Of a stretch of DNA of 64,000 nucleotides, positions 9,719-18,907 are shown one piece after another (within the stretch, counting starts at the first letter, position 1; every line of letters starts with the position of its first letter). This DNA is from an uncultured bacterium (GTDB lineage Bacteria; Patescibacteriota; Saccharimonadia; UBA4664): NCBI GenBank assembly GCA_963720265.1, contig CAVRET010000001.1, positions 197,916 to 261,915 of the forward strand, given 5' to 3'. Position numbers and translations under genes: made by a program. Under the pieces are notes generated by a model. That model had not been told where the DNA came from. It worked only from the letters and a program-made list of their open reading frames with translations, and did not search any database.

Positions 9719-10456
9719 ATGAGTTACTATCGGTGGCTCCGCTTCTGGCGGATGCTCGTGCGACTGAGTGTGGTCGCATTGGGCTGGTGGATCTTGGCTG
9801 GGTGGTTTGCCGGCCAGCTGTATGACGCGTATCTTCGTCCCGAATGGGAACTGATGGCCGCGCATGCGCTCTTCTTCGGGACAAGCGCCGGTGCACTCGT
9901 CATATTCTTTAAGTGGGTGATCAAAGCACCTTCGCTCTGGCAACCGCCGCGCATCTGGCGGGCTAGGGGCAAGCGACGCGACACCATTCAGGAGCAGCGC
10001 GATACATGGAGCCTGCAGCTTAAATACTCGCGTCAACTGCTACAACAGGTCAGGCGCCTACGCGACGAATATGGCGAGACCGCCATTCACCTCGAGCTCG
10101 GCGACCGCGAGACAAGCAAGACGCTCGTGGCATGTCAGGCGCCTTCGAAGCTCGATGCGCTGTGGGGCTTCATAGGCTTCTGCCTCGGTAACAGTCGCGG
10201 CTCGACGGTAGCCATTATTCATTACCAGGGTACTCAGGTAATAGATCGGCGCGATCTCGATCTCGTGCTGTATCCTTACGGCCAGCCGACTGCCATGACA
10301 CCGGTTCGCGCCGACTTGCCGCCGAAGGACGGGCCGCTGACTACTGAGATTCGCGATCGCGTCTCTTTGTGGCTTGAGGGTAAGGCGGGAGCGGATGGCT
10401 CGGTCGCGTACCTTGAGGCATGGCGTCGTAGGCAGCAGAATCCAGAAAATTCATAG
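9719..10456 (+). CDS. Hypothetical membrane protein.
   Basis: Two N-terminal TM helices (WWILAGWFAG, ALVIFFKWVI). No recognised domain. Confidence 0.45.
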   Translation: MSYYRWLRFWRMLVRLSVVALGWWILAGWFAGQLYDAYLRPEWELMAAHALFFGTSAGALVIFFKWVIKAPSLWQPPRIWRARGKRRDTIQEQRDTWSLQLKYSRQLLQQVRRLRDEYGETAIHLELGDRETSKTLVACQAPSKLDALWGFIGFCLGNSRGSTVAIIHYQGTQVIDRRDLDLVLYPYGQPTAMTPVRADLPPKDGPLTTEIRDRVSLWLEGKAGADGSVAYLEAWRRRQQNPENS

Positions 10457-10534
10457 ATCGGGCCGGCCCATGCCCCGCTTCGTGCGCAACTATCCCGAGA
10501 GAGGAGGTGCGTGTGAAGCGGGGTAGTTGTGTAT

Positions 10535-11272
10535 TTAGGTGAGTGCGTTTTCGAGGGCGACGAGAGATTTTTGCCAAGCATCTTTGGCGGCGGCTTGGTT
10601 GTAGGCAAAGCGGTTGGTGTCATTGAAGAAGGCGTGACCGCAATCCGGGTAGACCGTGGCTTCGAAATCAACACCGGCCCGATGCATTTTTTCTTTCAAT
10701 TCCGGCAGGCTTTGCATAAGGTTTTCGTCGCGCTCGCCGTAGAAGGCGCGGACGGGACACTTGATGTTCGCGAGCTCATCGACTGTAAAATCGGCGTGGC
10801 CGTAAAACGGCAACGCTAGCTTTAGTTTGGGCTCGTGTACGGCTAGTGCAAAACTATAAGTACCGCCAAAGCAAAATCCTACTACTGCCACCTTTTGACT
10901 AGTTTCGGGCTTGGCAAAAAGATAATCGAAGCAGTCTCGGACGCGCGCGGTGGTTTTTTGGCCAAATTCTGGATTCATGATCGGCGCCATGAGCTGTCGA
11001 AGTTTGGGCTGAACTTCGTTGCGCTTTTCCGGGTTAAACAGGTCTTCTTGCAGACCGGCGGCGGATGCGACGTCGATCGTGCCGGAAAGCAGATCTGGTG
11101 CCAGAGCCAGGTAGCCCTCGGCCGCGAAGCGGTCGGCTACGCTTTTGATGTGCGGCGCCAGCCCCCAAACTTCATGGATTACGATCAAGCCACCCTTGAT
11201 TTCGCCTTCGGGTCGGGCCTCGTAAGCCGGGACATCGCCCTCGGTTGATTTGATTGTCACGATATTTCCCAT
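10535..11272 (-). CDS. Dienelactone hydrolase family protein.
   Basis: Start re-assigned to ATG 11272 (MGNIVTIKSTEGDVPAYEA), 18 nt after the hemH stop; the longer track ORF would overlap hemH. GFCFGG nucleophile elbow; C-terminal D...H. Confidence 0.75.
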   Translation of the reverse strand: MGNIVTIKSTEGDVPAYEARPEGEIKGGLIVIHEVWGLAPHIKSVADRFAAEGYLALAPDLLSGTIDVASAAGLQEDLFNPEKRNEVQPKLRQLMAPIMNPEFGQKTTARVRDCFDYLFAKPETSQKVAVVGFCFGGTYSFALAVHEPKLKLALPFYGHADFTVDELANIKCPVRAFYGERDENLMQSLPELKEKMHRAGVDFEATVYPDCGHAFFNDTNRFAYNQAAAKDAWQKSLVALENALT

Positions 11273-11289
11273 AGCTTCATTATAGCCTG

Positions 11290-12222
11290 TTAGCTGAGAG
11301 ATTGGTGAGCGAGTGCGGCCAGCGCGTCGATGAATTTGGGATCGGTATTTGGTAGCTCGATGCGATGATACTCGATCCCAAACTGAAGGCATTGTTCGCC
11401 GGCGGCAATGTCGAGATCGTAGAGTATCTCGAGATGATCGGCCAGGAATTGAATAGGTACAATCAGCACCGCATGGTCGCCGCGGCGACGCAAGACGGCC
11501 AGGATGTCTACAAGGTCGGGCTTGAGCCAGGGCTCGGGAGTGTGGCCGGCGGACTGATAGGCACTGTAGTGCTCGGGCAGAGGGGTCGGCAGTTTGGCCA
11601 GGATGGCGTCGGTGGTGGCAGCGAGCTGCTCTAGGTAGCTTGGATCTTTGGCTACGACGCGTTCCGGGAGGCTGTGGGTGGTAAAAACTACGGCTGGTGC
11701 TTTGCCATATTTGACCGTGAACTCAGCTAGGGCGGTTTTTGTACGCGTGGTCAGTAGCTCTATAAAATCGGGTTGCGTTGGCCACGGTCCGACGAGGCGG
11801 GTTTGGTCCGGCACAAAGCCGTGCTGGCTTGCCGCGGCCAGGAAGACCTTGCGGTAGCCGTCCATTATAAATGACGAAAATTGGGGCGATAATATAATAC
11901 CGACGAGCGTTTCGGCGCCGGCTTCCCGGCACTTCCCCACTGCCTGCTCGATGAAGGGCTCGGAATGTTGCATGCCGGCCCGCCCGACGAAGTCTGCGCC
12001 CAGCTCTTTTTGCAGAAGTTTGGCCTGCTGCTCGGTAATGTCGATCAGCGGTGAGCGGCCGACGAGCCGGTAACGTTCTTCAAAGTCGGCAATGGTCTCG
12101 CTGGATGCTTTATCGCCGTAGATGTGGCGCATGTATTCCCGCACATGCTCGGCCGTGGTGGCAGAACCGTAGGTCATAATAACGACGCCGGTTTTTGGCT
12201 TAGCCGCTGACGGGTTGGGCAT
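11290..12222 (-). CDS. hemH: Ferrochelatase, probably coproporphyrin ferrochelatase (CpfC/HemH).
   Basis: N-terminal GVVIMTYGS...V..Y..IY and the TTHSLPERV motif. Sits in a cluster with hemQ. Confidence 0.85.
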   Translation of the reverse strand: MPNPSAAKPKTGVVIMTYGSATTAEHVREYMRHIYGDKASSETIADFEERYRLVGRSPLIDITEQQAKLLQKELGADFVGRAGMQHSEPFIEQAVGKCREAGAETLVGIILSPQFSSFIMDGYRKVFLAAASQHGFVPDQTRLVGPWPTQPDFIELLTTRTKTALAEFTVKYGKAPAVVFTTHSLPERVVAKDPSYLEQLAATTDAILAKLPTPLPEHYSAYQSAGHTPEPWLKPDLVDILAVLRRRGDHAVLIVPIQFLADHLEILYDLDIAAGEQCLQFGIEYHRIELPNTDPKFIDALAALAHQSLS

Positions 12223-13234
12223 GAATAAACTCCACTAAGGCTTTTAGTTTAGCATCATCGGTGTCGGGCAAGACGCCGTGGCCAAAGTTAAAAATGTAGC
12301 CGGTACGGTCTGGCAGGGTGCTGAGGAGCGCATGAGCCTGGTTTTGGATGGTCGTGAAATCGGCTAACATAACGGCCGGATCGAGGTTGCCTTGAAGGGC
12401 CTTGGTTTGGTCAATACGCTTTCGGGCGACGGCCAGATCAATGCGCCAATCGAGACCAAGAACTTCGCAGTCGACGCTGGCAAAATCGGTGAGGAGTCCG
12501 GCCGTGTCGGTGCCGAAATGGAGCCGGGGAACGTTTGCCTCGACAAGATTTTTAAAAATGCTTCCGGTGTATGGCAACACGAACTCGCGGTAGTGGCTGG
12601 GTGCGAGGCAGCCGGCCCAAGAGTCAAATAGTTGTACGGCCTGCGCGCCGGCATCAATTTGCAGCTTAAGGTAACTTGTGACAGCTGCAGTGAGTGTCGA
12701 CATGAGATCGTGCCAGGCAGCCGGATATTCGAGCATAAAGCGCTTGGTGGTAGCCCAGGTGCGGGTGGGCCGGCCTTCGATTAAGTAACTAGCAAGTGTA
12801 AACGGTGCGCCGGAGAAGCCGATGAGCGGCACTGCAAGCCCTGGGCGGAGGAGTTTAATGGTGTCAGCCAGGAACTCCAGGCGGTCCAGTTGAAGTGGCT
12901 CGAGGCGTTTTAGATCATCCGGCCCGACGATGGGTTGGTCAATAACCGGCCCGACGTTTTCCACGATCTTAACGTCAACTCCCATGGCTATCGGCAGGAG
13001 CATGATGTCGGCAAACAAAATTGCGGCATCAACGCCCAGCCGCTCAACCGGCTCGAGGCTGACCTTAGCCGCTAGCTCGGGTGTGCGCGCGATAGTGAGC
13101 ACATCGTGTTTTTCTCGAATCTTGCGGTAGCCGGGCAGGCTGCGGCCGGCCTGGCGCATGAACCAGACCGGGATATGTTCGACCGGCTCCCGGCGGGCGG
13201 CGCGCAGGAAGGCGTCGTTAAAGACGGCCGTCAT
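12200..13234 (-). CDS. hemE: Uroporphyrinogen decarboxylase.
   Basis: PVWFMRQAGRSLPGYRKIR signature. Confidence 0.9.
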   Translation of the reverse strand: MTAVFNDAFLRAARREPVEHIPVWFMRQAGRSLPGYRKIREKHDVLTIARTPELAAKVSLEPVERLGVDAAILFADIMLLPIAMGVDVKIVENVGPVIDQPIVGPDDLKRLEPLQLDRLEFLADTIKLLRPGLAVPLIGFSGAPFTLASYLIEGRPTRTWATTKRFMLEYPAAWHDLMSTLTAAVTSYLKLQIDAGAQAVQLFDSWAGCLAPSHYREFVLPYTGSIFKNLVEANVPRLHFGTDTAGLLTDFASVDCEVLGLDWRIDLAVARKRIDQTKALQGNLDPAVMLADFTTIQNQAHALLSTLPDRTGYIFNFGHGVLPDTDDAKLKALVEFIHAQPVSG

Positions 13235-13237
13235 GCG

Positions 13238-13924
13238 CTATAGCCACTCCACAAACTGGTCGAGCGGCTTGTATAGACAGGTGTAAATCGGGGTGTCGGA
13301 AAGCGTGTAGGGCCGGCCGATGAGGCTGCGCATTTCAATGACGAGATCCTGAAACTGTTCGAGCGTTGGGGTCTCATATGAAACGAGGAATTCTTGATCG
13401 TCCAGCCCGTAGGAATAGAGCAGGCACTGGCGGATTTCGGGATGGGCCAGCCCAGTTTTAATGTGCTGACCCATAACCTGGCGGCGATTGTCGGGCGAGA
13501 GCTGATGCCACTCGTGGGTTTTGGTAAATGGGTACAAAATCAGGTACGGCAGCCGGTCAGTGTAGTTTTGCATGACCTGCTCGGGCTTGCCGGTGCGGCC
13601 GGAATATTGCGACGGCCGGACGATGCCGAAGTAGGTTTGTGCTAGTTTCAGATGCCGACCCAAGCCGGAGCTGAGGAGCTTTGGCAGCTGGTTGGTGAGA
13701 GCCTCGGGATGTTCACTGCGGCACCAAAACATAAAGGTGCTGCCGGCTTTAAAACCGAGTGTGGCATAGGTCTCAATAATAATGCTGTCCAGGTCTTCGA
13801 GCCGGTTTTTGAATTCTTGGCGCAGCTTGGCTTGTTCCGCGGCGGCTTGCTGGTAGAACTCTGAGCGCAGGTTGAAGAACAGGTAATGATGATATGGCTT
13901 GGGGTCTGTCGCCGGTGCGTCCAT
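13238..13924 (-). CDS. hemQ: Coproheme decarboxylase (hydrogen-peroxide-dependent heme synthase), HemQ/ChdC of the chlorite-dismutase family.
   Basis: Cld-family fold signature and position between hemE and hemD. Confidence 0.8.
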   Translation of the reverse strand: MDAPATDPKPYHHYLFFNLRSEFYQQAAAEQAKLRQEFKNRLEDLDSIIIETYATLGFKAGSTFMFWCRSEHPEALTNQLPKLLSSGLGRHLKLAQTYFGIVRPSQYSGRTGKPEQVMQNYTDRLPYLILYPFTKTHEWHQLSPDNRRQVMGQHIKTGLAHPEIRQCLLYSYGLDDQEFLVSYETPTLEQFQDLVIEMRSLIGRPYTLSDTPIYTCLYKPLDQFVEWL

Positions 13925-13984
13925 ACGGGCATTATACCAAGCCGCGCTTAAGATTGGCTTAGGGTTTTTCTACGATTCTCCAGT

Positions 13985-15112
13985 CTAATAGAGTGGCAGC
14001 CCTTCAAATTGCGGGTCGTCCATGCGGGCGACTGCGACTAGTTTGAGCTCGAGACGGGTATGCAGATCAACTGGAATGACGAAGAATTTAACATTACCGT
14101 CGCCGACCCGGACGCCAAACCGGCCGTATTTGAGCTCGACAGGCACGTTCATGAATTGCAAGTGGTCGCCGGCCATAAAACCGACGTATGCGCCTTGCGC
14201 CGGGGTGACCTCCAGCACGGCTATGCGCTGCCATGATTGCACCACTCGTTCGCCCTGGAGTTGGGTGGCTCCCAGCGGCATGGCACCGGCGGCAGTGTCG
14301 CCTGGAACGGTTACGACCGGCATGATGGGCCAATGTTCGTCGCTGGCTAGATTGTGGCTGGTTTTTAGGTCGTCCACAGCTGTCATTATACTCTGAATGG
14401 TTGGCTCGACGGCTTGGACAATGTGCTGAAAACCATAGGCTCTGGCGGCTGCCGTGGTGGTGGGACCGATAGTGAAAACTGGTTGATGCCGCACGGTGAT
14501 GAGTAATGCTGAGTTGATCGTGTGTATGAGGCCGGTGACGGCGGAGGGGCTGGCAAATATCAGACATTGGACTCGGCCTTCGAGGAGGTAACGTTCAAGT
14601 TTGGCGGAGCGTTCGCGGCGCGGGAGTGTGTGGTAAACGTTGATTTCGGTAACAACGGCGCCGCGGGCGCGCAGCGTGGCGGCAGGCTCATCTGCTGGGA
14701 TGTCGGTGCGAGCCACCAGAATGCGCTGGCCGGCAACGGGTATTAGTTGCTCTGCCAGCATGGCAGCAGTGGCGGGCTTGGCAACGAACGCCACGGTTAG
14801 CCCATTGCGCTTGGCGGCTACGGCGCCGGCGGGACCAACGGCGGCCACGCGCGGCGCGGCGCTCAGGTCGGCGCCAGCGGCCTGAGCTAGGGTTTTCAGT
14901 GCTGCGGCGGCTTTTCCACTCGTAACAATGAGCCAGTCGAACGGCGTTAGGTTGTGAAGGGTTGAGGTGATCTCGGGAGTTAGCTGGGTCGGCGTAGTTT
15001 TGATCATAGGGGCCGAGAGCACCGGCCAACCGTGCTGCTTTAGTGCTGCGGCCCAGCGACGATTGCCGGAGGCGTCGCGAGTGAGTACGATGACTCGGTA
15101 ACCTACGGCCAT
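13985..15112 (-). CDS. hemD: Uroporphyrinogen-III synthase (HemD, about 245 aa) fused to a roughly 125-aa C-terminal domain of unknown function.
   Basis: The HemD fold runs through ...QSIMTAVDDL. It is followed by DEHWPIMPVVTVPGD...VELKYGRFGVRVGDGNVKFFVIPVDLHTRLELKLVAVARMDDPQFEGLPLY, which matches nothing I recognise. Confidence 0.7.
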   Translation of the reverse strand: MAVGYRVIVLTRDASGNRRWAAALKQHGWPVLSAPMIKTTPTQLTPEITSTLHNLTPFDWLIVTSGKAAAALKTLAQAAGADLSAAPRVAAVGPAGAVAAKRNGLTVAFVAKPATAAMLAEQLIPVAGQRILVARTDIPADEPAATLRARGAVVTEINVYHTLPRRERSAKLERYLLEGRVQCLIFASPSAVTGLIHTINSALLITVRHQPVFTIGPTTTAAARAYGFQHIVQAVEPTIQSIMTAVDDLKTSHNLASDEHWPIMPVVTVPGDTAAGAMPLGATQLQGERVVQSWQRIAVLEVTPAQGAYVGFMAGDHLQFMNVPVELKYGRFGVRVGDGNVKFFVIPVDLHTRLELKLVAVARMDDPQFEGLPLY

Positions 15113-15119
15113 GTGCGGC

Positions 15120-16022
15120 TTATGTGGGCATCTTGCCGGCGTTGAGCTGGCGGGCTAGAGTTTCAGCTAATTTGATGCCATCCTCAGCCGGGCCGCTGAC
15201 AGAAGCTAGTTCGGCGGACCGGCCGTCACGTTCACCGATTACGGCGTATAGATTAACCTCGGTTTCTTTGAGTTCGGCATAGCAACCGACCGGTAGCTTG
15301 CAGCCTCCCCCAACCACTTTGGCAAAGGCTTGCTCAGCCTGAACGGCAGCCAATGTGGGAGCGTGCCGGAGCTGTTTTATCATGGCCATCAGTTCTTTGT
15401 TCGTGGACTTGAGCTCGGCCGATAGCACGCCTTGTCCCGCGGCTGGCACAAACCAGGAGGGGTCGAGGTATTCGGTAATCACATCGGTTCGGCCGAGGCG
15501 GTCGAGCCCGGCGGCAGCGAGAATAATGGCATCGAAGTCACCGGCTTGCAATTTGCGTAAGCGCGTTTCAACGTTGCCGCGCGCGCTCTCGACCTTAAGG
15601 TCCGGCCGCCGGTGTAGCACCAGGGCCTGGCGGCGCAGGCTATCGGTGCCGACGACCGAATGCGGCGGCAGAGTGGCCAGCGTTTGCCCTGGGGTGCTTA
15701 CAAGCACATCGCGCGGGTCGGCCCGTTCGAGCACTGGCACATGCATCAGCCCTGACGGCACTTCCGGCGGCACATCTTTGAGACTGTGGACGGCCAGATC
15801 AATACTGCCTGCGGCCAGTGCTTCTTCAATTTCGGCTGTAAACCAGGCCTTGCCCACGGTATCGAGTGGGATTGGCGCGGAATTTTTGTCTCCGGTTGTA
15901 ACAATGGTTTTGAGTTTGACTATGATCGTTGGATCCAACTGCCGTAGTGCCGCGGCTACGAGTTCGGCTTGAATAACGGCGAGCCGACTGCCGCGCGTGC
16001 CAATGACGATACGTTTTGCCAT
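15120..16022 (-). CDS. hemC: Hydroxymethylbilane synthase (porphobilinogen deaminase).
   Basis: MAKRIVIGTRGSRLAVIQAE N-terminus; dipyrromethane cofactor Cys region. Confidence 0.9.
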   Translation of the reverse strand: MAKRIVIGTRGSRLAVIQAELVAAALRQLDPTIIVKLKTIVTTGDKNSAPIPLDTVGKAWFTAEIEEALAAGSIDLAVHSLKDVPPEVPSGLMHVPVLERADPRDVLVSTPGQTLATLPPHSVVGTDSLRRQALVLHRRPDLKVESARGNVETRLRKLQAGDFDAIILAAAGLDRLGRTDVITEYLDPSWFVPAAGQGVLSAELKSTNKELMAMIKQLRHAPTLAAVQAEQAFAKVVGGGCKLPVGCYAELKETEVNLYAVIGERDGRSAELASVSGPAEDGIKLAETLARQLNAGKMPT

Positions 16023-16134
16023 GGCGCAATCGTATCACGATTATCTGGCGGTCTTATAACGCGCAGAGCGCCCGTCAACCACACGTTGAGCGGGTGCTCT
16101 GCGTAGACGACGGGCGCTGAACATCGGCCGACTG

Positions 16135-16527
16135 CTACCGCAGAAAAGCACGCATCCGGGCGAGGTCATATTCGTTCAAGAATATTTTGTAGCCTTCGCC
16201 TTGCAGATCGTGGTTTCTGGCGTCGTGGTGAGCTGCAATTGACGCCATGGCCGCACCGATGGCGATTGCACCCTCGGTGTCGCCTACACGGAATTTCTCC
16301 GCCAGAGCAGCGGTATGCTTTTCGATCTCCCGTAGGTCGAGCGTTGCGGCATGTGCCACTATTTCATCCACGATGGCGCCTGCCGCGGCAAAGTCTTTTA
16401 GCGTTATCGCGCGGTCAAACTCCCCGACCATTTCTTGGATGTCACTCAAGACACTTCTCCGTTCGACTGGCCTGTATTTGGGCGCGAATTGTGGGGGCGT
16501 CGTGGCAGACTTGTGCGATCGAGCCAC
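16135..16527 (-). CDS. Hypothetical protein.
   Basis: ORF only; no recognisable domain. Confidence 0.35.
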   Translation of the reverse strand: MARSHKSATTPPQFAPKYRPVERRSVLSDIQEMVGEFDRAITLKDFAAAGAIVDEIVAHAATLDLREIEKHTAALAEKFRVGDTEGAIAIGAAMASIAAHHDARNHDLQGEGYKIFLNEYDLARMRAFLR

Positions 16528-16603
16528 TTGAGGATGGTATACTGATTAGTTCGGACTGAAAAGCATAAGCGAGACCGGCTTGACCCAACCACACCCAACA
16601 AGT

Positions 16604-16867
16604 ATGATAAGTATGAAATTTATGAAATCTCTGCACTCAATTTTGGGTTTTGTGACCGTGAATGAAAAGGGGCAGGTCGTGATCCCGGCCAGTGCTCGCA
16701 CCATGATTGGCCTGGCGCCTGGCGACAAATTGCTCGTTATGCTGCACCCTTCGCACGAGGGCTTGGTACTCGTTAAGCCCGATGGTCTCGAATCGTTTGC
16801 ACGGCAGATGCTGGAGCAGCTCAACGATGCCCGTGGTGGCATGCTTGGAGAGGCCGGCGAATCGTGA
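16604..16867 (+). CDS. AbrB/MazE/SpoVT-type DNA-binding protein. Likely the regulator of the downstream MFS gene.
   Basis: GFVTVNEKGQVVIPASARTMIGLAPGDKLLV swapped-hairpin motif. Its stop overlaps the MFS start. Candidate ATG starts at 16604, 16613 and 16622 (the track uses a TTG at 16580). Confidence 0.6.
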   Translation: MISMKFMKSLHSILGFVTVNEKGQVVIPASARTMIGLAPGDKLLVMLHPSHEGLVLVKPDGLESFARQMLEQLNDARGGMLGEAGES

Positions 16868-18618
16868 GTAGTGTGACCCGGCGGCGGGTCGACGGCCTGG
16901 GCCCGGCACGGTCTGCGGCTACTGCCGCACCTATTCGTCCCGTGCCCGTGCTCCCGGTGCCGTCTCCCGTTCGGCCGCAGCCGAGCCCGGCCGCACCAGC
17001 GCCGCCAAGTCCGCCCCGGCCGGCTGCTCCACCGCGCGTCGTTGCACCACCACCGGCCCAGGGGCGACCGCCTGAGCCTGACCAGGAGCACGTCCCTGAG
17101 CGTAGCCATGAAGAGATTATGGTTATTATTGTGGCGCTCATGCTCGCCATGTTACTGGCTGCGCTTGACCAGACGATTGTTGCCACTGCCTTGCCGCGGA
17201 TTGCGACGGATTTGCATGGCCTCAACAAGCTCTCGTGGGTGGCTACCGCGTATCTGCTTACAAGTGCAGTTGCCACTCCCCTGTATGGCAAAATCAGTGA
17301 CCAGTTTGGCCGTAAGAAGATTTTTCAGTTTGCCATTATTATTTTCTTGGTTGGTTCGGCACTATGTGGGCTGTCGCAGAACATGAATCAGCTCGTCATG
17401 TTTCGGGCGCTGCAAGGGATTGGCGCCGGCGGATTGATGTCGCTTTCTATGACGATCGTTGGCGACATTGTGTCGCCGCGGCAGCGGGGCAAATACCTAG
17501 GCTATTTCGGTGCAGTGTTTGCGATTTCAAGCGTGGCCGGGCCGCTTTTGGGCGGGTTCTTTACCGATTCGTTGTCCTGGCGGTGGGTGTTTTATATTAA
17601 TTTGCCGCTCGGTGTCTTAGCGCTAGCCGCGATTGCCACCCGCTTGCACTTGCCGGTGCACAAAATTGACCACCGGATTGATTATGTGGGCGCGGTACTC
17701 TTGGCGACAGCGGTGGTGCCGATAATCTTGGCGACGGTATGGGGTGGGGTAACCTATCCGTGGGGCTCGCACACGATTATTGGTCTGTACGCGGGCGGTG
17801 CGGTGGCGGCCGTGATTTTCGCCCTGTGGGAGCGGAGGGCGCCGGAGGCGATCATACCGACGCATCTCTTTAAGAACGATATTTTTACCGTGTCAGTAAT
17901 TTTGTCCCTGCTGTCAGGGATTGCGCTGTTCGCGTCGATTTTGTTTATTCCGGAATATCAACAGATTGTGCGCGGATATTCGGCGGTTAAGTCGGGATTG
18001 GCGCTCTTGCCGCTCGTTTTTGGGATGCTGGTGGCGCTGGTGGGCTCGGGACGGTTAATTACGAAGACGGGGCATTACCGGATTTTCCCCATTATTGGTA
18101 CGCTCGTTACGGCCGTGGGCATGTGGCTGTTTAGCCATCTCACGTTGCAGACGACTTCGCTTCAGCTCAGTCTGTGGATGGTGGTAGTGGGGCTTGGCAT
18201 TGGATCGTTCTTGCAGGTGATGACGCTGGCCGTGCAAAATGCGGTGCCGCGCTCGGAGCTCGGCGTGGCCACGGCTTCGGCGACGTTCTTCCGGAGTATT
18301 GGCAGCAGCTTGGGTGGCGCGATCTTTGGTGCGATCTTAACGAACCGCTTGGCCTACCATTTAAAGCAACTTTTGCCTCAGGTGCCCGGCGGCCACACGG
18401 CTGTGAGTGCTGCCAGTATTCAGTCGAGCGCATCGTCGCAGGCGATTGCGCTACTGCCGCATAGCATTGGGCAAGACGTGCTGCAGGCTTTTGTACTGTC
18501 GTTTCATGACATGTTTTTACTGGCGATCCCGGTGTTGGGCTTGGCGTTTATCGCGGCGTTGTTCCTACGCGAAATGCCGCTGCGCGGAAGCGCGCCAGTG
18601 GCTCCAGATTTGGGTTAG
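16864..18618 (+). CDS. MFS transporter of the DHA2 (EmrB/QacA, 14-TMS) family. It may carry an 85-aa Pro/Ala-rich N-terminal extension.
   Basis: LDQTIVATALPRIATDLHG and the GxxSDxxGRK motif. The alternative start is ATG 17119, preceded by GAAGAG. Confidence 0.8.
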   Translation: MSSVTRRRVDGLGPARSAATAAPIRPVPVLPVPSPVRPQPSPAAPAPPSPPRPAAPPRVVAPPPAQGRPPEPDQEHVPERSHEEIMVIIVALMLAMLLAALDQTIVATALPRIATDLHGLNKLSWVATAYLLTSAVATPLYGKISDQFGRKKIFQFAIIIFLVGSALCGLSQNMNQLVMFRALQGIGAGGLMSLSMTIVGDIVSPRQRGKYLGYFGAVFAISSVAGPLLGGFFTDSLSWRWVFYINLPLGVLALAAIATRLHLPVHKIDHRIDYVGAVLLATAVVPIILATVWGGVTYPWGSHTIIGLYAGGAVAAVIFALWERRAPEAIIPTHLFKNDIFTVSVILSLLSGIALFASILFIPEYQQIVRGYSAVKSGLALLPLVFGMLVALVGSGRLITKTGHYRIFPIIGTLVTAVGMWLFSHLTLQTTSLQLSLWMVVVGLGIGSFLQVMTLAVQNAVPRSELGVATASATFFRSIGSSLGGAIFGAILTNRLAYHLKQLLPQVPGGHTAVSAASIQSSASSQAIALLPHSIGQDVLQAFVLSFHDMFLLAIPVLGLAFIAALFLREMPLRGSAPVAPDLG

Positions 18619-18630
18619 CCCGCGGCTTGT

Positions 18631-18852
18631 TTAGCGTGACGTGCGCGTCCGGCCGCCGTAGGCGCCGCCGCCGTAGCCGTTGGTTACCGGTTGATCGCGA
18701 TTGGCCAAACTACTGAGTCCCTTGACGATACTTGACGCGCCAACGACTGCCAGCGTCGCGGCACCCAAAAAGCCCAGGAATTGCCGGCGGTCCATGTCGG
18801 CATTCAGTAAGTCTTGCAGTGGTTTCTGGTTGGTTTTACTATCCACTCTCAT
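18631..18852 (-). CDS. Tiny ORF (54-73 aa) made of a twin-arginine signal peptide and a short Gly/Tyr-rich tail, immediately downstream of tatC.
   Basis: DRRQFLGFLGAATLAVVGASS is a textbook Tat signal (RRxFLG, h-region, AxA-like site). The mature part would be about 35 aa (KGLSSLANRDQPVTNGYGGGAYGGRTRTSR). Alternative start at ATG 18795. Confidence 0.4.
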   Translation of the reverse strand: MRVDSKTNQKPLQDLLNADMDRRQFLGFLGAATLAVVGASSIVKGLSSLANRDQPVTNGYGGGAYGGRTRTSR

Positions 18853-18907
18853 CTCGATTAGTAATGCTTACGCTTAACTTAGCAAACGCGGGCTTGCTTG
18901 GCAACGG

